This document shows positions 63,951 to 64,000 of a DNA stretch of 64,000 bases, one piece after another; position 1 is the stretch's first letter, and each line of letters begins with the position of its first letter. This DNA comes from a virus. Taxonomy: Duplodnaviria; Caudoviricetes. The translations under genes were made by a program, and so were the position numbers. Below the pieces are notes generated by a model. That model did not search any database and was not told the origin of the DNA. It worked only from the letters and a program-made list of their open reading frames with translations. The stretch is taken from positions 1 to 64,000 of IMG/VR virus record IMGVR_UViG_3300012827_000001; one strand, 5' to 3'.

Positions 63951-64000
63951 GACGCGGAGGCGTACTCGATCTCCAGCGGAGCCCCTGTCTTGGCGGGGAT

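Larger units (their letters stand above)
23..64000. mobile_element. Temperate actinobacteriophage/prophage, siphovirus-like; right boundary not in window
   Basis: att core, integrase and xis at left; terminase, portal, capsid, tail tube, tape measure and lysin present; Lsr2 and high GC point to an actinobacterial host. Confidence 0.95.

Overview
This window is almost entirely one high-GC temperate actinobacteriophage (prophage or phage genome opened at its attachment site), probably a siphovirus. It starts with a tRNA-Arg-like 3' fragment (att core, 23-47), a tyrosine integrase and an excisionase. A leftward arm (about 21.9 kb to 1.3 kb) follows, carrying about 45 mostly small genes plus Ku, a stand-alone ATP-dependent DNA ligase, a RavA/ViaA-like MoxR ATPase-VWA pair and a RuvB-like ATPase with no RuvA. 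A rightward arm (22.6-64 kb) carries Lsr2, a FliA/WhiG-type sigma factor, lysis genes, a fibre cassette, HTH regulators, terminase, portal, capsid, tail (with a verified -1 frameshift site) and a glycosyltransferase. The most striking non-coding structures are (i) a 22-bp palindrome, GATTCCTGC-TAGC-GCAGGAATC, found at 11 or more sites across both arms, and (ii) an array of four bipartite 52-56 bp units, each with a 9-nt variable core, lying behind a terminator next to a very GC-rich 455-aa sigma-region-2-like gene. I recognise no DNA polymerase, primase, replicative helicase or canonical CI repressor in the window. Product calls come from motif recognition by eye; no searches were run.
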